This document shows, one piece after another, positions 21,606 through 32,432 of a stretch of 53,564 bases of DNA. The notes beneath the pieces are model-generated. The model made no database searches and was not told where the DNA came from. It saw only the letters and a list, made by a program, of their open reading frames with translations. The stretch's first letter is position 1. The number at the start of each line of letters is the position of its first letter. Position numbers and translations under genes: made by a program. The stretch covers positions 1 to 53,564 of the forward strand of contig JAVZLH010000006.1 of NCBI GenBank assembly GCA_038883855.1, in the 5' to 3' direction. The stretch is from Candidatus Bathyarchaeia archaeon. Lineage in GTDB: Archaea; Thermoproteota; Bathyarchaeia; Bathyarchaeales; Bathycorpusculaceae.

Positions 21606-22049
21606 ACGTTAGGAAAACAAGAAGATTGCACTATTATTGATGTTCGCATAGTTGACATATCCCTCTTGAAAGGACACGAAAGAACAGGATGCCCAAAAAC
21701 TTGCCAACCTCAAATCTGAAATTGAAGCAGATGGAATCTTGAAAAAACCAATAGTCGTCGATGCCGGCACGAACATTGTTCTTGACGGACACCACAGAAT
21801 AGGGGCTTTACAGGCTCTGGACTGCTCAAAAATACCAGTGGTTTTAGTTGATTACCAGTCTCCTAAAATCGGAGTTAAAACAGCAGAAAACGGCGGAGAA
21901 TATTCAAAGAAAAAGTTTTTGAAACTGCCTTGAAGGGCGAACTGCTACCGCCAAAATCCACATGGCATTATATCACATTTTCAAAGGAAAAAGCTCACAT
22001 ATCCACAATACAAAACCCGGTTAATGCGCCGCTTAAAGATTTACGATAG
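21606..22049 (+). CDS. Stand-alone ParB/sulfiredoxin-like protein resembling free serine kinase SerK; two frameshifts (~21687, ~21907); start uncertain
   Basis: Reconstructed: IVDISLLKGHERT.DAQKLANLKSEIEADGILKKPIVVD...VLDGHHRIGALQAL...IPVVLVDY...KVFETALKGELLPPKSTWH. Confidence 0.7.
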
Positions 22050-22138
22050 CGTTCGTCCACGTATAAAAGTATACTCAAAAGAGTTAAATATAACATTTAG
22101 GCTCTGTTTTTTACCTAAAGACTAAGGGGAGAAACATC

Positions 22139-23536
22139 TTGCCAGTAACAAAAATATTTTTAGATGAAGAAGAAGTGCCAAAACAATGGTACTGCATACT
22201 ACCCGACCTACCAAAGCCACTACCACCATTCATAGAACCAGATAAAAAGGCGCCAGGCGGAGGGGTAGCCCCAAAAATATTCCCAAAGGCAATCTTAGCC
22301 CAAGAGTTCAGCAAAGACAGATGGATAGACATACCAGAAGAAGTGAGGGACGTTTACAGACTTTGGAGGCCAACCCCGCTTTTCAGGGCTGTCAGACTCG
22401 AAAAGGCGCTGAAAACTCCGGCAAAAATCTACTACAAATATGAGGGAGTTAGCCCCCCTGGAAGCCACAAACCCAACACCGCCGTAGCCCAAGCCTATTA
22501 CAACATGAAGGAGGGCATCAAGAGGCTAGCGACAGAAACAGGAGCTGGACAGTGGGGTTCCGCCCTAGCCTTTGGCTGCATGCTTTTTGGAATAAAATGC
22601 ACCGTTTACATGGTCAAAGTAAGCTATCAACAGAAACCCTACAGAAGAATTATGATGGAATCTTATGGGGCGGATGTTTACGCAAGCCCAAGTGAACACA
22701 CTGAGGCTGGCAGAAAAATCCTAAGAGAAAACCCGGACAGCCCAGGCAGTTTGGGTATAGCCATAAGCGAAGCCGTTGAAGACGCGCTTACACACGAAGA
22801 CACCAATTACGGCATAGGCAGCGTTTTCAACCACGTCCTACTACACCAAACCGTAATTGGGCTGGAAGCGCAAAAACAAATGGAAATCGCCGGAGACTAC
22901 CCAGACGTGATATTTGGGTGCATAGGCGGAGGAAGCAGTTTCTCAGGAATTTTCTGGCCTTTCTACTACGACAAAGTTTCTAAAAAAGCGCCGAAAGACA
23001 CTCGGTTTGTAGCTGTGGAGCCCACAGCTTGTCCGTCCGTCACTAAGGGCGAATACACTTATGACCATGGAGACACGGCGAGGATAACGCCGCTGGTTCC
23101 GATGCACACTTTGGGACACGATTATATTCCGCCGCCGATTCATGCTGGAGGCTTACGCTATCACGGGATAGCCCCAACAATAAGCCTTTTGGCTTCAACA
23201 AAACAATTGGAAACCGTAGCCTACAACCAAGTGGAAGTTTTCGATACCGCCAAACTTTTCATCCAAACCGAAGGGATAATACCCGCACCAGAACCAGCCC
23301 ACGCTATAAAGGCAGCAGTTGACGAAGCCTTAAAATGCAAGAAGACAGGCGAGAAAAAGACTATTCTCTTCTTGCTGTGCGGTCACGGCTACTTTGACAT
23401 GCAAGCCTACTCCGACTACTTCAGCGGTAAGCTGCCGCCCTACGAGTATCCAAAAGAAAAAGTTGACGAGGCAATGCGGAAACTAAGGAAACTTTATCCA
23501 TGGCTTGACGAAGTTAAAAAGAAATATATCGGATAA
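22139..23536 (+). CDS. trpB2: TrpB-like PLP enzyme (tryptophan synthase beta 2)
   Basis: [50 protein letters not shown]. Confidence 0.95.
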   Translation: MPVTKIFLDEEEVPKQWYCILPDLPKPLPPFIEPDKKAPGGGVAPKIFPKAILAQEFSKDRWIDIPEEVRDVYRLWRPTPLFRAVRLEKALKTPAKIYYKYEGVSPPGSHKPNTAVAQAYYNMKEGIKRLATETGAGQWGSALAFGCMLFGIKCTVYMVKVSYQQKPYRRIMMESYGADVYASPSEHTEAGRKILRENPDSPGSLGIAISEAVEDALTHEDTNYGIGSVFNHVLLHQTVIGLEAQKQMEIAGDYPDVIFGCIGGGSSFSGIFWPFYYDKVSKKAPKDTRFVAVEPTACPSVTKGEYTYDHGDTARITPLVPMHTLGHDYIPPPIHAGGLRYHGIAPTISLLASTKQLETVAYNQVEVFDTAKLFIQTEGIIPAPEPAHAIKAAVDEALKCKKTGEKKTILFLLCGHGYFDMQAYSDYFSGKLPPYEYPKEKVDEAMRKLRKLYPWLDEVKKKYIG

Positions 23537-23834
23537 GAACGTTCACAACACCCTCGTTTTTATTTTTACAGAACCTTTGCATCAGCAAAAATCGAAGCAT
23601 GCAGGTGGTCGCAGGCATATTTTAGTCTAACAATATGAACTAGTTACCTGATTGCGAAAGCAACCTTACTGAATGAGCCTTTGCAAACTTTAATGCTTGT
23701 TTTGTATAACCTGCTTCTGATGCAATTATTTCACTTATCTTGGGTGTATTTCGTTGCGTGTTTAGGCAAACTTCTATTACACACCCAACGCAATGTTTTG
23801 GAGAGGATAAAGCGTTTTGAAAAGAGGCTGAAGA

Positions 23835-24965
23835 ATGTTTAAGGATAAAATTTCCGCTAAAAATGTTGGTTTTATTGTTAATCCAATTGCTGGGATGGGA
23901 GGGGCTGTTGGGCTTAAAGGCACTGATGGAAAGGAAATTTTGGAAAAGGCTTTATGTCTCGGGGCTAAATCCATAGCGCCAGCAAGGGCAGAATCCTTCC
24001 TATCTGAACTAAAACCCGTTCGTGGGAGGATACGGCTTATTGTGGGGGCTGGAAGCATGGGAGAAGACGAAGCAAAAGACTGCGGTTTTTCTTGCACGGT
24101 TTTAGGTGAACGAAAAAAGGAGACAAGCGCCGAAGACACCATAGAAATCGCAGAAAAAATCAAAGAAATAGGCGCAAGCCTCCTCGTTTTCTGCGGCGGA
24201 GACGGAACAGCCCGCGACATTTTCAAGGCAATTAACATCAGTCTACCAGTTTTAGGTGTCCCAACAGGAGTGAAAATGCACAGCGCCGTTTTTGCCACAG
24301 ACCCAAAAGCTGCAGCAAAAATAGTCACAGCCTTTTTGTTTGAGGGATTGCCCCTTAAAGAGGCGGAAGTTATGGATGTTGACGAGGAGGCCTTTAGAAT
24401 GGGACGGGTTTCCGCAGAATTGTATGGGTATATGCTTGTCCCCTACGAGCCTAGCTTGATTCAAAGTGCCAAAATGGCGAGTCCAGTAACTGAAAGTGAA
24501 TTGCGCAACCAAGCGGCAATAGCAATTTACATAATTGAAAACATGCAGCCAGACGTAATTTACATTGTTGGTCCTGGAACAACCACCCGCACCATCGGAG
24601 ATCTCTTAGACGCGAAGAAAACGCTTTTGGGAGTTGACCTCTTCTGTAATAAGAAACTCGTAGCCAAAGACGTGAACGAAAAACAAATACTGGAGAAAAT
24701 ACGCGGAAAAAAGGCGCAGATTATAGTTACTCCCATAGGGGGGCAAGGCTTCATTTTTGGGAGGGGAAACCAGCAAATAAGCCCAAAAGTTATTAGGCAA
24801 GTAGGCATAAACAACATTATTGTGATTGCTACAAAAAGCAAAGTGGAAAACCTAAAAAGTTTAAGAGTTGATACAGGCGACCCAAAACTCGACGAAGAGT
24901 TTCGAAAACACCAATTAAAAGTTATAGTCGACTATAAAACAGAACGCATAATGCGTGTGGAATAA
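23835..24965 (+). CDS. ATP-NAD kinase family protein (COG3199/AcoX-like)
   Basis: NPIAGMGGAVGLKGTDG, GGDGTARD, GVKMHSAVF, GFIFGRGNQQIS. Confidence 0.88.
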   Translation: MFKDKISAKNVGFIVNPIAGMGGAVGLKGTDGKEILEKALCLGAKSIAPARAESFLSELKPVRGRIRLIVGAGSMGEDEAKDCGFSCTVLGERKKETSAEDTIEIAEKIKEIGASLLVFCGGDGTARDIFKAINISLPVLGVPTGVKMHSAVFATDPKAAAKIVTAFLFEGLPLKEAEVMDVDEEAFRMGRVSAELYGYMLVPYEPSLIQSAKMASPVTESELRNQAAIAIYIIENMQPDVIYIVGPGTTTRTIGDLLDAKKTLLGVDLFCNKKLVAKDVNEKQILEKIRGKKAQIIVTPIGGQGFIFGRGNQQISPKVIRQVGINNIIVIATKSKVENLKSLRVDTGDPKLDEEFRKHQLKVIVDYKTERIMRVE

Positions 24966-25016
24966 CAATTATTATAGACAAGCTACAACTAGCTAGTAGC
25001 CTAGAAGGCGAAAGGC

Positions 25017-26120
25017 ATGATCCCAATTAATGCTCCACAAATCGGAGAAGAAGAAATTGAAGCTGTTACTAAAGTTTTGAAAAGCGGCATTCTAACACAC
25101 GGGCTTGGCGCTGGACCCATGGTTAAAAAGTTCGAAACAGAGTTTGCAAATTTTGTAGGGGCAAAATATGCAGTGGCTTTCAATTCTGGAACAGCGGCAT
25201 TACACTCAGCCTTGATGGCAGCTGGCATAGGAAAGGGGGATGAGGTGATTTTGCCGAGCTTCACTTTTGTTGCAACAGCAGAAGTTGTAGCCTTAGTTGG
25301 GGCGAAACCAGTTTTTGTGGACATAAACCCGGAAACATACAATATCTCCCCTGAACTAATCGAGAAAGCTGTAACAAAGAAGACTAAGGCGATAATACCA
25401 GTAGACCTTTATGGTTTGTCAGCCAACATGAGACCAATCAGGGAAATAGCCGACAAACATGGCTTATTCGTTATTGAGGATGCAGCTCAAGCTCATGGCG
25501 CAACATACAACGGTAAACCTCCGGGAGCGTTTGCAGATGTCGCTTGCTGGAGCTTTTACGCAAGCAAAAACATGACAACTGGAGAAGGCGGAATGACTAC
25601 GACAAACAATGAAGAAATTGCCGAAAGATTGCGTTTAATAAGAAGCCATGGAGAGAAAAACAAGTACGTTTCTGTTTCAGCCGGATACAACTACCGCATG
25701 CCAGAAATCGAAGCCGCCATAGGATGTGTCCAACTTAAAAAATTGCCAAATTTTCTTAAAAAAAGAAGAGAAAACGCAAATAAGCTTACAGAAAAACTCG
25801 GAGAGGCGAAAAGGCTGCAGTTGCCAAATGAGCCTAAAGGATACGCGCATAGCTGGTATCTTTACACTGTAAGAATTAGAGATGCGGATAAAACGCAAAG
25901 AGACAAAATCATTGAGGAACTAAAACAAAAAGGAATAGGCGCCGAAGTCTATTACGCTACGCCAATCCACCTCATGCCATACTACCACAAACTAGCAAAG
26001 TGTAAGCTTCCAGAAACAGAAAAAGCCGCAAATCAAGTTTTCTCACTACCAGTACACCCGAGCGTAACAGACAACCAGATAAGCTTCATTTGCGAAACTC
26101 TTCTCCATCTCATAGAGTAA
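25017..26120 (+). CDS. DegT/DnrJ/EryC1/StrS family PLP aminotransferase
   Basis: SGTAALH, SFTFVAT, EDAAQAHGA, SFYASKNMTTGEGG, GYNYRM. Confidence 0.93.
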   Translation: MIPINAPQIGEEEIEAVTKVLKSGILTHGLGAGPMVKKFETEFANFVGAKYAVAFNSGTAALHSALMAAGIGKGDEVILPSFTFVATAEVVALVGAKPVFVDINPETYNISPELIEKAVTKKTKAIIPVDLYGLSANMRPIREIADKHGLFVIEDAAQAHGATYNGKPPGAFADVACWSFYASKNMTTGEGGMTTTNNEEIAERLRLIRSHGEKNKYVSVSAGYNYRMPEIEAAIGCVQLKKLPNFLKKRRENANKLTEKLGEAKRLQLPNEPKGYAHSWYLYTVRIRDADKTQRDKIIEELKQKGIGAEVYYATPIHLMPYYHKLAKCKLPETEKAANQVFSLPVHPSVTDNQISFICETLLHLIE

Positions 26121-26195
26121 TCTTACACGTTAAGGTTTATATGAAATGATAAGAAAAGTATTGCGCGCCATCAGGATTTTGTTGAGGAATTTGTA

Positions 26196-27526
26196 ATGCA
26201 GAAAATTAAAGTTGTCATAATGGGTGCAGCTGGAAGAGACTTTCACAACTTCAATGTATATTTTAGAGATAACGATGCTTACGAAGTTGTGGCTTTCACA
26301 GCCACGCAGATTCCGGGCATAGAGGGAAGAATGTATCCGCCGGAGCTTGCAGGTTCACACTATCCTAATGGCATACCGATTTATCCAGAGGAGGAGCTAC
26401 CAAAGCTGATAAGGGAGTATGATGTCGACAAGGTGATTTTCGCCTACAGTGATGTTTCGCATGAATATGTTATGCACAAGGCGTCCATAGCACTAGCCAA
26501 CGGAGCAGACTTCCGCCTAATGGGACCTAAAACAACAATGTTGAAGGCTAAAGTTCCAGTTGTTTCCATAGGTGCTGTAAGAACGGGATCTGGGAAAAGT
26601 CAAACTTCAAGGCAAGTTGCGAGGATTTTGAAGACGAGAGGCTTAAAGGTTGTGGTCGTTAGGCATCCGATGCCTTATGGAGATTTAAAAAAGCAAGTCT
26701 GCCAGCGCTTCGCTTCCTACCAAGACTTGGACAGATACATGTGTACCATCGAGGAAAGAGAGGAATACGAACCGCACATCAATAATGGGATAATTGTTTA
26801 CGCAGGAGTTGATTACGAGAAAATTTTAAGGGAAGCCGAAAAAGAAGCGGACATAATCGTTTGGGACGGCGGAAACAACGACCTACCTTTCTACAAACCA
26901 GACTTACACATCGTTGTTGCAGATCCCCACAGGGCGGGACACGAGGTTACATATCATCCTGGCGAAGCGAACTTGCGCATGACAAACGTTGTGATAATTA
27001 ACAAAGTTGACACAGCAGACCCAGAAAAAGTGAAATGCGTAAAAGAAAATATAAAAATAATTAATCCAGAAGCCCAAGTACTGGATGCCACATCACCAAT
27101 AACAGTTGACAAGCCTGAGTTGATAAAAGGAAAACGCGTATTAGTCATAGAGGACGGCCCAACACTTACACATGGCAACATGCCTTATGGAGCCGGAACA
27201 ATTGCTGCAAAGAATTTTGGAGCCCGTGAAATCATCGATCCCAAACCTTATGCAGTGGGATCAATTAAGGAGGCTTTCAATAGATACACATATTTGGGCG
27301 CTATACTTCCAGCCTTGGGCTACAGCGAAAGGCAAATAGCCGAACTGAAAGAAACGATAAACCGCACTCCATGTGATGTTGTGGTTATCGGAACGCCAAT
27401 AGATTTAAGAATGATGGTGGCGTTTGACAAGCCAACGGTGAGGGTTAGGTATGAACTTAAGGTGCTTGGACCATATCCCTTGAGCAAGTTTTGGAGGATT
27501 TTATTGATAGGAATGTAAGAAAATGA
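26196..27526 (+). CDS. COG2403 P-loop protein (cDPG-synthetase-like clade, possible arginine synthetase); probable frameshift at ~27474
   Basis: IMGAAGRDFHNFN, RTGSGKSQT, RHPMPYG, WDGGNND, EDGPTLTHG. The corrected tail ISLEQVLEDFIDRNVRK* gives an ATGA overlap with the next gene. Confidence 0.8.
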
Positions 27527-27906
27527 GCGCTGAAAAAGCAGATATTTCACGCGTGAAAATAAAATTCGTTATTGAAGGATTGGGAGAGGCAGAGGGAGAG
27601 CTTGTGCGGTTTTTAGCCCCTCGAACAGTGGACATGGTGGTTAGAAAACTTCCCATAGAGGGCAGGGCTGCCTTATGGAAGAAGGAGGTCTACTTCGAAA
27701 CACCTATTAAAATGGGGGAGGAAAAGGCAAAAAGCACAGTTGAAAAAGGGACAATTGCCTTTTGGCCCATGGGGAACGCTTTATGCATATTCTATGGAGA
27801 GTCGCAGCCATACAGTCCAGTGAACGTGCTAGGTAAAGTAACCAACAACCTTGAATTGTTTAGGCAGGTTAAAAGTGGAACGAAAATTAGGGTTGAACTT
27901 CAATAA
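27523..27906 (+). CDS. Cyclophilin-like fold protein (DUF369/DUF3830-like)
   Basis: APRTV...LPIEG...EVYF...GTIAFWPMGNALCIFYG...PVNVLGK. Confidence 0.85.
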   Translation: MSAEKADISRVKIKFVIEGLGEAEGELVRFLAPRTVDMVVRKLPIEGRAALWKKEVYFETPIKMGEEKAKSTVEKGTIAFWPMGNALCIFYGESQPYSPVNVLGKVTNNLELFRQVKSGTKIRVELQ

Positions 27907-28382
27907 ACGAGCGCGCTTTCACTCCAGAGTTTAAGGAGTTTTTCGCATTCTTCTTTCACTTTCTTGTTTCTGCATTTCTTTTTTAAGGTTTCGAGAAATT
28001 CTATGCGCTTTTCGGTTGAGCGCTTTTCTGCGATGCCGCCGTAGTAAGGCTTTCCATCCACATATTCTTGCATGTGAGTGGCTTTCTGTATGAAGAGGCT
28101 GGCGGCGTCCACGGGGTTTTCCACAGCGTATTTATTTGCCCAAATTGATGCTTCGGATTCGCGGAGCTGCGTTAAACCATCAATCTCTTTAATACTGCGG
28201 ATGTATGTCCTTAAAAAATCGTAATAACCCGCAGACTTAACAATTTTAAGCGCTTCCCTTACTTTTCTTTTGAAATCGGGGCTTCCCTTGATCCTTAATC
28301 TATGCTTATAGCCTTTATCGATAAATTCTTTGGCTTTTTCAACTTCCTCACGTGTGTAGACTCTTTCTGGAAACTTTTCCAA
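27900..28382 (-). CDS. Hypothetical protein
   Basis: 160-aa ORF with typical composition, co-oriented downstream of rps25e. Confidence 0.75.
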   Translation of the reverse strand: MEKFPERVYTREEVEKAKEFIDKGYKHRLRIKGSPDFKRKVREALKIVKSAGYYDFLRTYIRSIKEIDGLTQLRESEASIWANKYAVENPVDAASLFIQKATHMQEYVDGKPYYGGIAEKRSTEKRIEFLETLKKKCRNKKVKEECEKLLKLWSESALVY

Positions 28383-28401
28383 AGCACAGTGCCTCAGGAC
28401 G

Positions 28402-28725
28402 TTAACCTAAGGTTTTGTATATTTTGATGTCGTGGTTTCCAGAGACTAGTTGAATTGCTCCCTCTTCTTCTAACTGTTCTAGGAAGTCTTTCGCTGCGCT
28501 TATTCTCAGGTTAAATCGTGAAGCCACAGAATACGGTGTTAAGACCGGCATTTTCTTCAATTCGCTAAGAATTTTTCCATCCTTTGGGTTTGGGGGAATT
28601 ATCCCGGACGGTTTTTTCTCTTTCAGCGGTGCTGCTGCCTTCTCCTTCTTCTTTCTCTCTTCCTCATCCTTTTTTGCTTGCATACGCTCCATTTGTTTTA
28701 AGCTTAGCTTCTTTTTTCCACCCAT
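28402..28725 (-). CDS. rps25e: 30S ribosomal protein S25e
   Basis: MGGKKKLSLKQME...LTPYSVASRFNLRISAAKDFL winged helix. Confidence 0.92.
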   Translation of the reverse strand: MGGKKKLSLKQMERMQAKKDEEERKKKEKAAAPLKEKKPSGIIPPNPKDGKILSELKKMPVLTPYSVASRFNLRISAAKDFLEQLEEEGAIQLVSGNHDIKIYKTLG

Positions 28726-28779
28726 AACTTTCAGCCTCATTAAATGAATGGGTCTTTGCGACTCTTTAGGTTTTCCTTG

Positions 28780-30279
28780 CTAGGCATACTGGGTTATTTC
28801 AACCTTATGCCTCTTTTGCCACTCTTTAATCGGAATTCCAAGCCTTTTTTCAATTTCTTGACGGTGGATGGAGTTCATGGTGCAGAATGGGATTATGTGC
28901 CCGTCTGGAACAGCATAATGTATTACGCATCTTTGAACTCTTTCTAAGTCAAAGTTGTATGGGTCCATGAAGTGCATTGCAGAAATCAATATTGACTTTC
29001 TTTGCAGGTCGCCTAAAGCTTCATAGCTTCCCTCTCTAAGAACGCGCCAAACATGTTTCCGCAGAAAACTGAACTTTATATACCTCAAGGCTCCTACTAA
29101 ACGCAGTTTGGCTTTGCGTTTGCTACCTTTTGCAGCATCATTGTAAACGTTTCGCATGGTGCCTATGAACTTGTCAACGTTGCCGTAGCGGGTTATGGGA
29201 ACAATTTCTCCGTTTTCAACGAAGATATATGTTGCCATGCCACAGTGCGGGTGCGCCGTGAACTCCACGTAACGCTTGTCTTTTAAGGCGCCGACAGCCT
29301 TTGAAACTGGCACAACTGTTGGAACTGGGTAGAAGTCTGAAACCTTTATCTTTCCATTTGTCTGTTCCTCAACCAACCGCATGAAGTCGGGGATTGTGAT
29401 GCGCATTTTTTCCCTTTCTTGTTGCGGAATTCTTCCACAGAGGGAGACTGGTTGAACGTTCACGCACCTTACAATGTCGAAGTTTTGAACTGCGAAGCGT
29501 ATGATGTCTCCGAGTTGGTTGTCGTTCACTCCCTTAACGAGTGTGACAACCAAGACTATGCTTTGGATTCCCGCTTTGCGGCAGTTTTCGATAGCCTTCA
29601 GCTTGACGTCTAAAAGGTCTATTCCTCTTGTGAATTTGTAGACTTCTGGTGTTAAGCCGTCAAATTGCAGGTAAACGGTGCTCATGCCAGCCTCTTTCAA
29701 GCCCCTACAATAGTCAACGCTTTGCGCAAGGCGAATTCCGTTCGTATTAACCTCAACATGGCGGAAACCCAGCCTTTTTGCCTCTCGAATAAGCTCAAAC
29801 AAATCCTCACGAATTGTTGGTTCGCCTCCAGAAAACTGGAGGGCTGTCGCTGGCACGGGTTCATTTCTGCGAAGGTTCTCCAACATCCCCACAATTTCTT
29901 CTTTTGTTGGTTCATACACGTATCCGGCTGCGGCGGCGTTTGCGAAGCAGACTGGACATTTGAGGTTGCATCTGTTTGTGATGTCGATTATGGCTAATGC
30001 TGTATGCGATTTGTGTTGGGGGCATATTCCGCAATCGTATGGACAATCGTTAACGGTTTTTGTTCGCGGATTGCCTATGCCTTCGCCGTCGTATCTGAAC
30101 CCTTCAGCCCGCATGTACTGTTCATAGTCGGACCAATAAAGTTCTTGGAAAAAGCCGTGTTCTGGGCATTCCTTCTTTATGTAAACTTTTCCGCCATCTT
30201 CGAATATTGTGGCGTCCAGCACTTTTAAGCATTCGGGGCATAGGCTTTTTGTGGTTTTGATGACTTGCATGGTGGTCAC
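28780..30279 (-). CDS. tes: Radical SAM tetraether lipid synthase (Tes/GDGT-MAS)
   Basis: N-terminal SLCPEC...CPEHG, CPYDCGICPQH, CNLKCPVCFA radical SAM motif, HPHCG, HFMDPYNFDLERVQRCVIH, PFC. Confidence 0.9.
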   Translation of the reverse strand: MTTMQVIKTTKSLCPECLKVLDATIFEDGGKVYIKKECPEHGFFQELYWSDYEQYMRAEGFRYDGEGIGNPRTKTVNDCPYDCGICPQHKSHTALAIIDITNRCNLKCPVCFANAAAAGYVYEPTKEEIVGMLENLRRNEPVPATALQFSGGEPTIREDLFELIREAKRLGFRHVEVNTNGIRLAQSVDYCRGLKEAGMSTVYLQFDGLTPEVYKFTRGIDLLDVKLKAIENCRKAGIQSIVLVVTLVKGVNDNQLGDIIRFAVQNFDIVRCVNVQPVSLCGRIPQQEREKMRITIPDFMRLVEEQTNGKIKVSDFYPVPTVVPVSKAVGALKDKRYVEFTAHPHCGMATYIFVENGEIVPITRYGNVDKFIGTMRNVYNDAAKGSKRKAKLRLVGALRYIKFSFLRKHVWRVLREGSYEALGDLQRKSILISAMHFMDPYNFDLERVQRCVIHYAVPDGHIIPFCTMNSIHRQEIEKRLGIPIKEWQKRHKVEITQYA

Positions 30280-30363
30280 TTTTTACGGTTATATTTTCAA
30301 AGTCGAATGGGAGGGTATAATAAGGTTTCCACACTTTTCATAAAGTGATTAGGGTGATTAAGT

Positions 30364-31119
30364 TTGGTCATTAGCGAAGAAACTAGAAGAACTCTACGCG
30401 AGATAGGCTTAAGCACCTATGAAATTGAAATTTACAATGCTCTGCTGGAAAGCGGGCAAATGACAGCCCTAGAAATCATTAAAAAAGCTCAAGTGCCATA
30501 CTCGAAAGTTTACGCTGTTTTGAACTCGCTTAAAAACAAAGGATGGATAAAAAGCACAAAAGGTCGACCAAGCAAATATTATCCAACACCTCCCATTGAA
30601 GCTTTAGTCACCGCGAAAAATATGCTGGAAGAGCGATACAAAAGTTGGGAGAGACAAATTGTCAGCGAGCTTCAACCCTTATACGAAAAACGCGAGCTTG
30701 TTGAACATCCAGAAATACTGATACTGCACGGCCAACAAAGAGTAATAGCAAAATTAGAAGAGATTTTCGGAAAAGCCAGAAAAGAAATAATGATTGCCTT
30801 GCCGCAGTTCGTAAAGAACTCAGTAGCCACAGCCCCGATTTTTCTGGAAAGTTTACAGAAAGCCCATGCGGATGTAAAGTTAATGGTTGCCAGCGAACCT
30901 GAAGGTTTAAGCGAATTAGAGGTTTTTGCCAGTGTCGGCGAACTGCGGATTAGAGACCAAATGTTTGGTGGAGGCATAATCGTAGAAGGAAAGGAGGCTA
31001 TGCTTTTTCTCGGAGAGGAAAAACCTAGTCTTATCATTTGGAGTAATCATGCTGGCTTGGTGAGATTTGCGAGAGATTACTTCCAGTATCTTTGGGATTC
31101 TTCAAAGAAAATTAGGTAA
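30364..31119 (+). CDS. TrmB family transcriptional regulator
   Basis: GLSTYEIEIY..LL..VPYSKVYAVLNSL..KGWI..GRPSKY plus effector domain. Confidence 0.9.
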   Translation: MVISEETRRTLREIGLSTYEIEIYNALLESGQMTALEIIKKAQVPYSKVYAVLNSLKNKGWIKSTKGRPSKYYPTPPIEALVTAKNMLEERYKSWERQIVSELQPLYEKRELVEHPEILILHGQQRVIAKLEEIFGKARKEIMIALPQFVKNSVATAPIFLESLQKAHADVKLMVASEPEGLSELEVFASVGELRIRDQMFGGGIIVEGKEAMLFLGEEKPSLIIWSNHAGLVRFARDYFQYLWDSSKKIR

Positions 31120-31147
31120 TTCAAAAAGAGTGGAAGCTAGAAAGAGG

Positions 31148-31369
31148 CTATTTGCCCATAATCTTTTTCGCAGCAATTTCAATGTCTTCAGCCTTTATGG
31201 TTTTTCTTCCAGCATGCATCGCAAAATCCAGAGCTTCTTTTGCAATTTTCACGCCAACTTCTTCTAAAGCCTTAGCTAATTCCTTTGCCGCTGCTTCACT
31301 TACTCTGTCGGCTCCCGCTTTTTTACATATTCTGTGCATAGGAGCAACGGCTAACTCTAAATCAGCCAT
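31148..31369 (-). CDS. Archaeal histone (HMf family)
   Basis: [20 protein letters not shown]...[14 protein letters not shown]. Confidence 0.96.
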   Translation of the reverse strand: MADLELAVAPMHRICKKAGADRVSEAAAKELAKALEEVGVKIAKEALDFAMHAGRKTIKAEDIEIAAKKIMGK

Positions 31370-31797
31370 AAAGATTCCTCCGTAGCCCTTTTTCTATTTA
31401 AAGCAATATTTAACAGTTACGAAATTTCAGGAGACGCTTTAAACATTATTCCTAATAAAGAGCCGAAATTCACAAGATATTCTAGGAAAACAATAAAAAT
31501 ACAATCGTAAGGACATAGCTAAAAGTTGAAACTGTCGAGACTATTGCGGTTATTACTTCCCTCAAGACAAAATTATAAATGCCCTTTTAAAGCGCATAAT
31601 CAAAAAACACGAAAGCAACATATAACACCTATGAGAGCAGAGTTGCTTCGCCTTTCTACATGGTTTGTCGCCGTATATAGTCATGGTTCTATGGTGGATG
31701 TTCTTTGGCGAAAGGAGACATAACTCAAGGATTGATAAACACAGCGATGAACGTTATCTTAATTGTTAAATTAGGGCTTGCACACGAGAGAAAAGCG

Positions 31798-32124
31798 TTA
31801 AATTGTCCAATAGGAGCATATAGTTAAGTTCCATTTAAACTGACTTTTCAAAAATTTTATGACATCCTCCTCCTCTAAGTAGCGGTTTCCATTAGCGTCT
31901 CTTCGAAAAGGAATATTTGTCCCCTTTAAGGCGTCGCCTCTTGCAGAGTCTATGAAAACATAGTAGGCTTCTCCGGCTGGCAGTATAAGCCTAAGATTTG
32001 TAAGTTCTCTTTTCGGCGAAAGCCCCTCTTGTTCAATGTTGTAAACGATGGCGCTGGGCTTAAGTTCTTCGGCTAATTGCTTAAATTCTTCCCATGTTCT
32101 AATTTTTCTGACACTTTCGCCCAT
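31798..32124 (-). CDS. Hypothetical protein
   Basis: ATG 32124 preceded by GGAGG; 108-aa globular-looking ORF. Confidence 0.7.
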   Translation of the reverse strand: MGESVRKIRTWEEFKQLAEELKPSAIVYNIEQEGLSPKRELTNLRLILPAGEAYYVFIDSARGDALKGTNIPFRRDANGNRYLEEEDVIKFLKSQFKWNLTICSYWTI

Positions 32125-32432
32125 TTCAACCAACATCCTCCTATAATTATTCAAGACATATCTAAACTTTGTTAAGAAGTCTTTTAGGGAAAAAGCTCCA
32201 TTTCCTTTGTCGCGCCGCATTTGACACAGACAAGTTGCACATGAGACTTATCGGGGGTCAGCTCTTTAGCTTTCCATTCGTGGTCGCATTTACCTTCTTT
32301 TCTTTCACTCATTTTGTTTTCGCCCAAATCCAACAACTCCTAAATGCTAATACATATTCAGAATTTAAATCTGTTGTTATGTTTTCCATACGTAACGGTT
32401 ATATATGTAACATTGTTGTATATCCGATAAGA

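Noticed and set aside
32169-32432. Hydrophobic N-terminal extension of PadR
   Set aside because: Runs through a T-rich divergent promoter region; ATG 32433 is more plausible.
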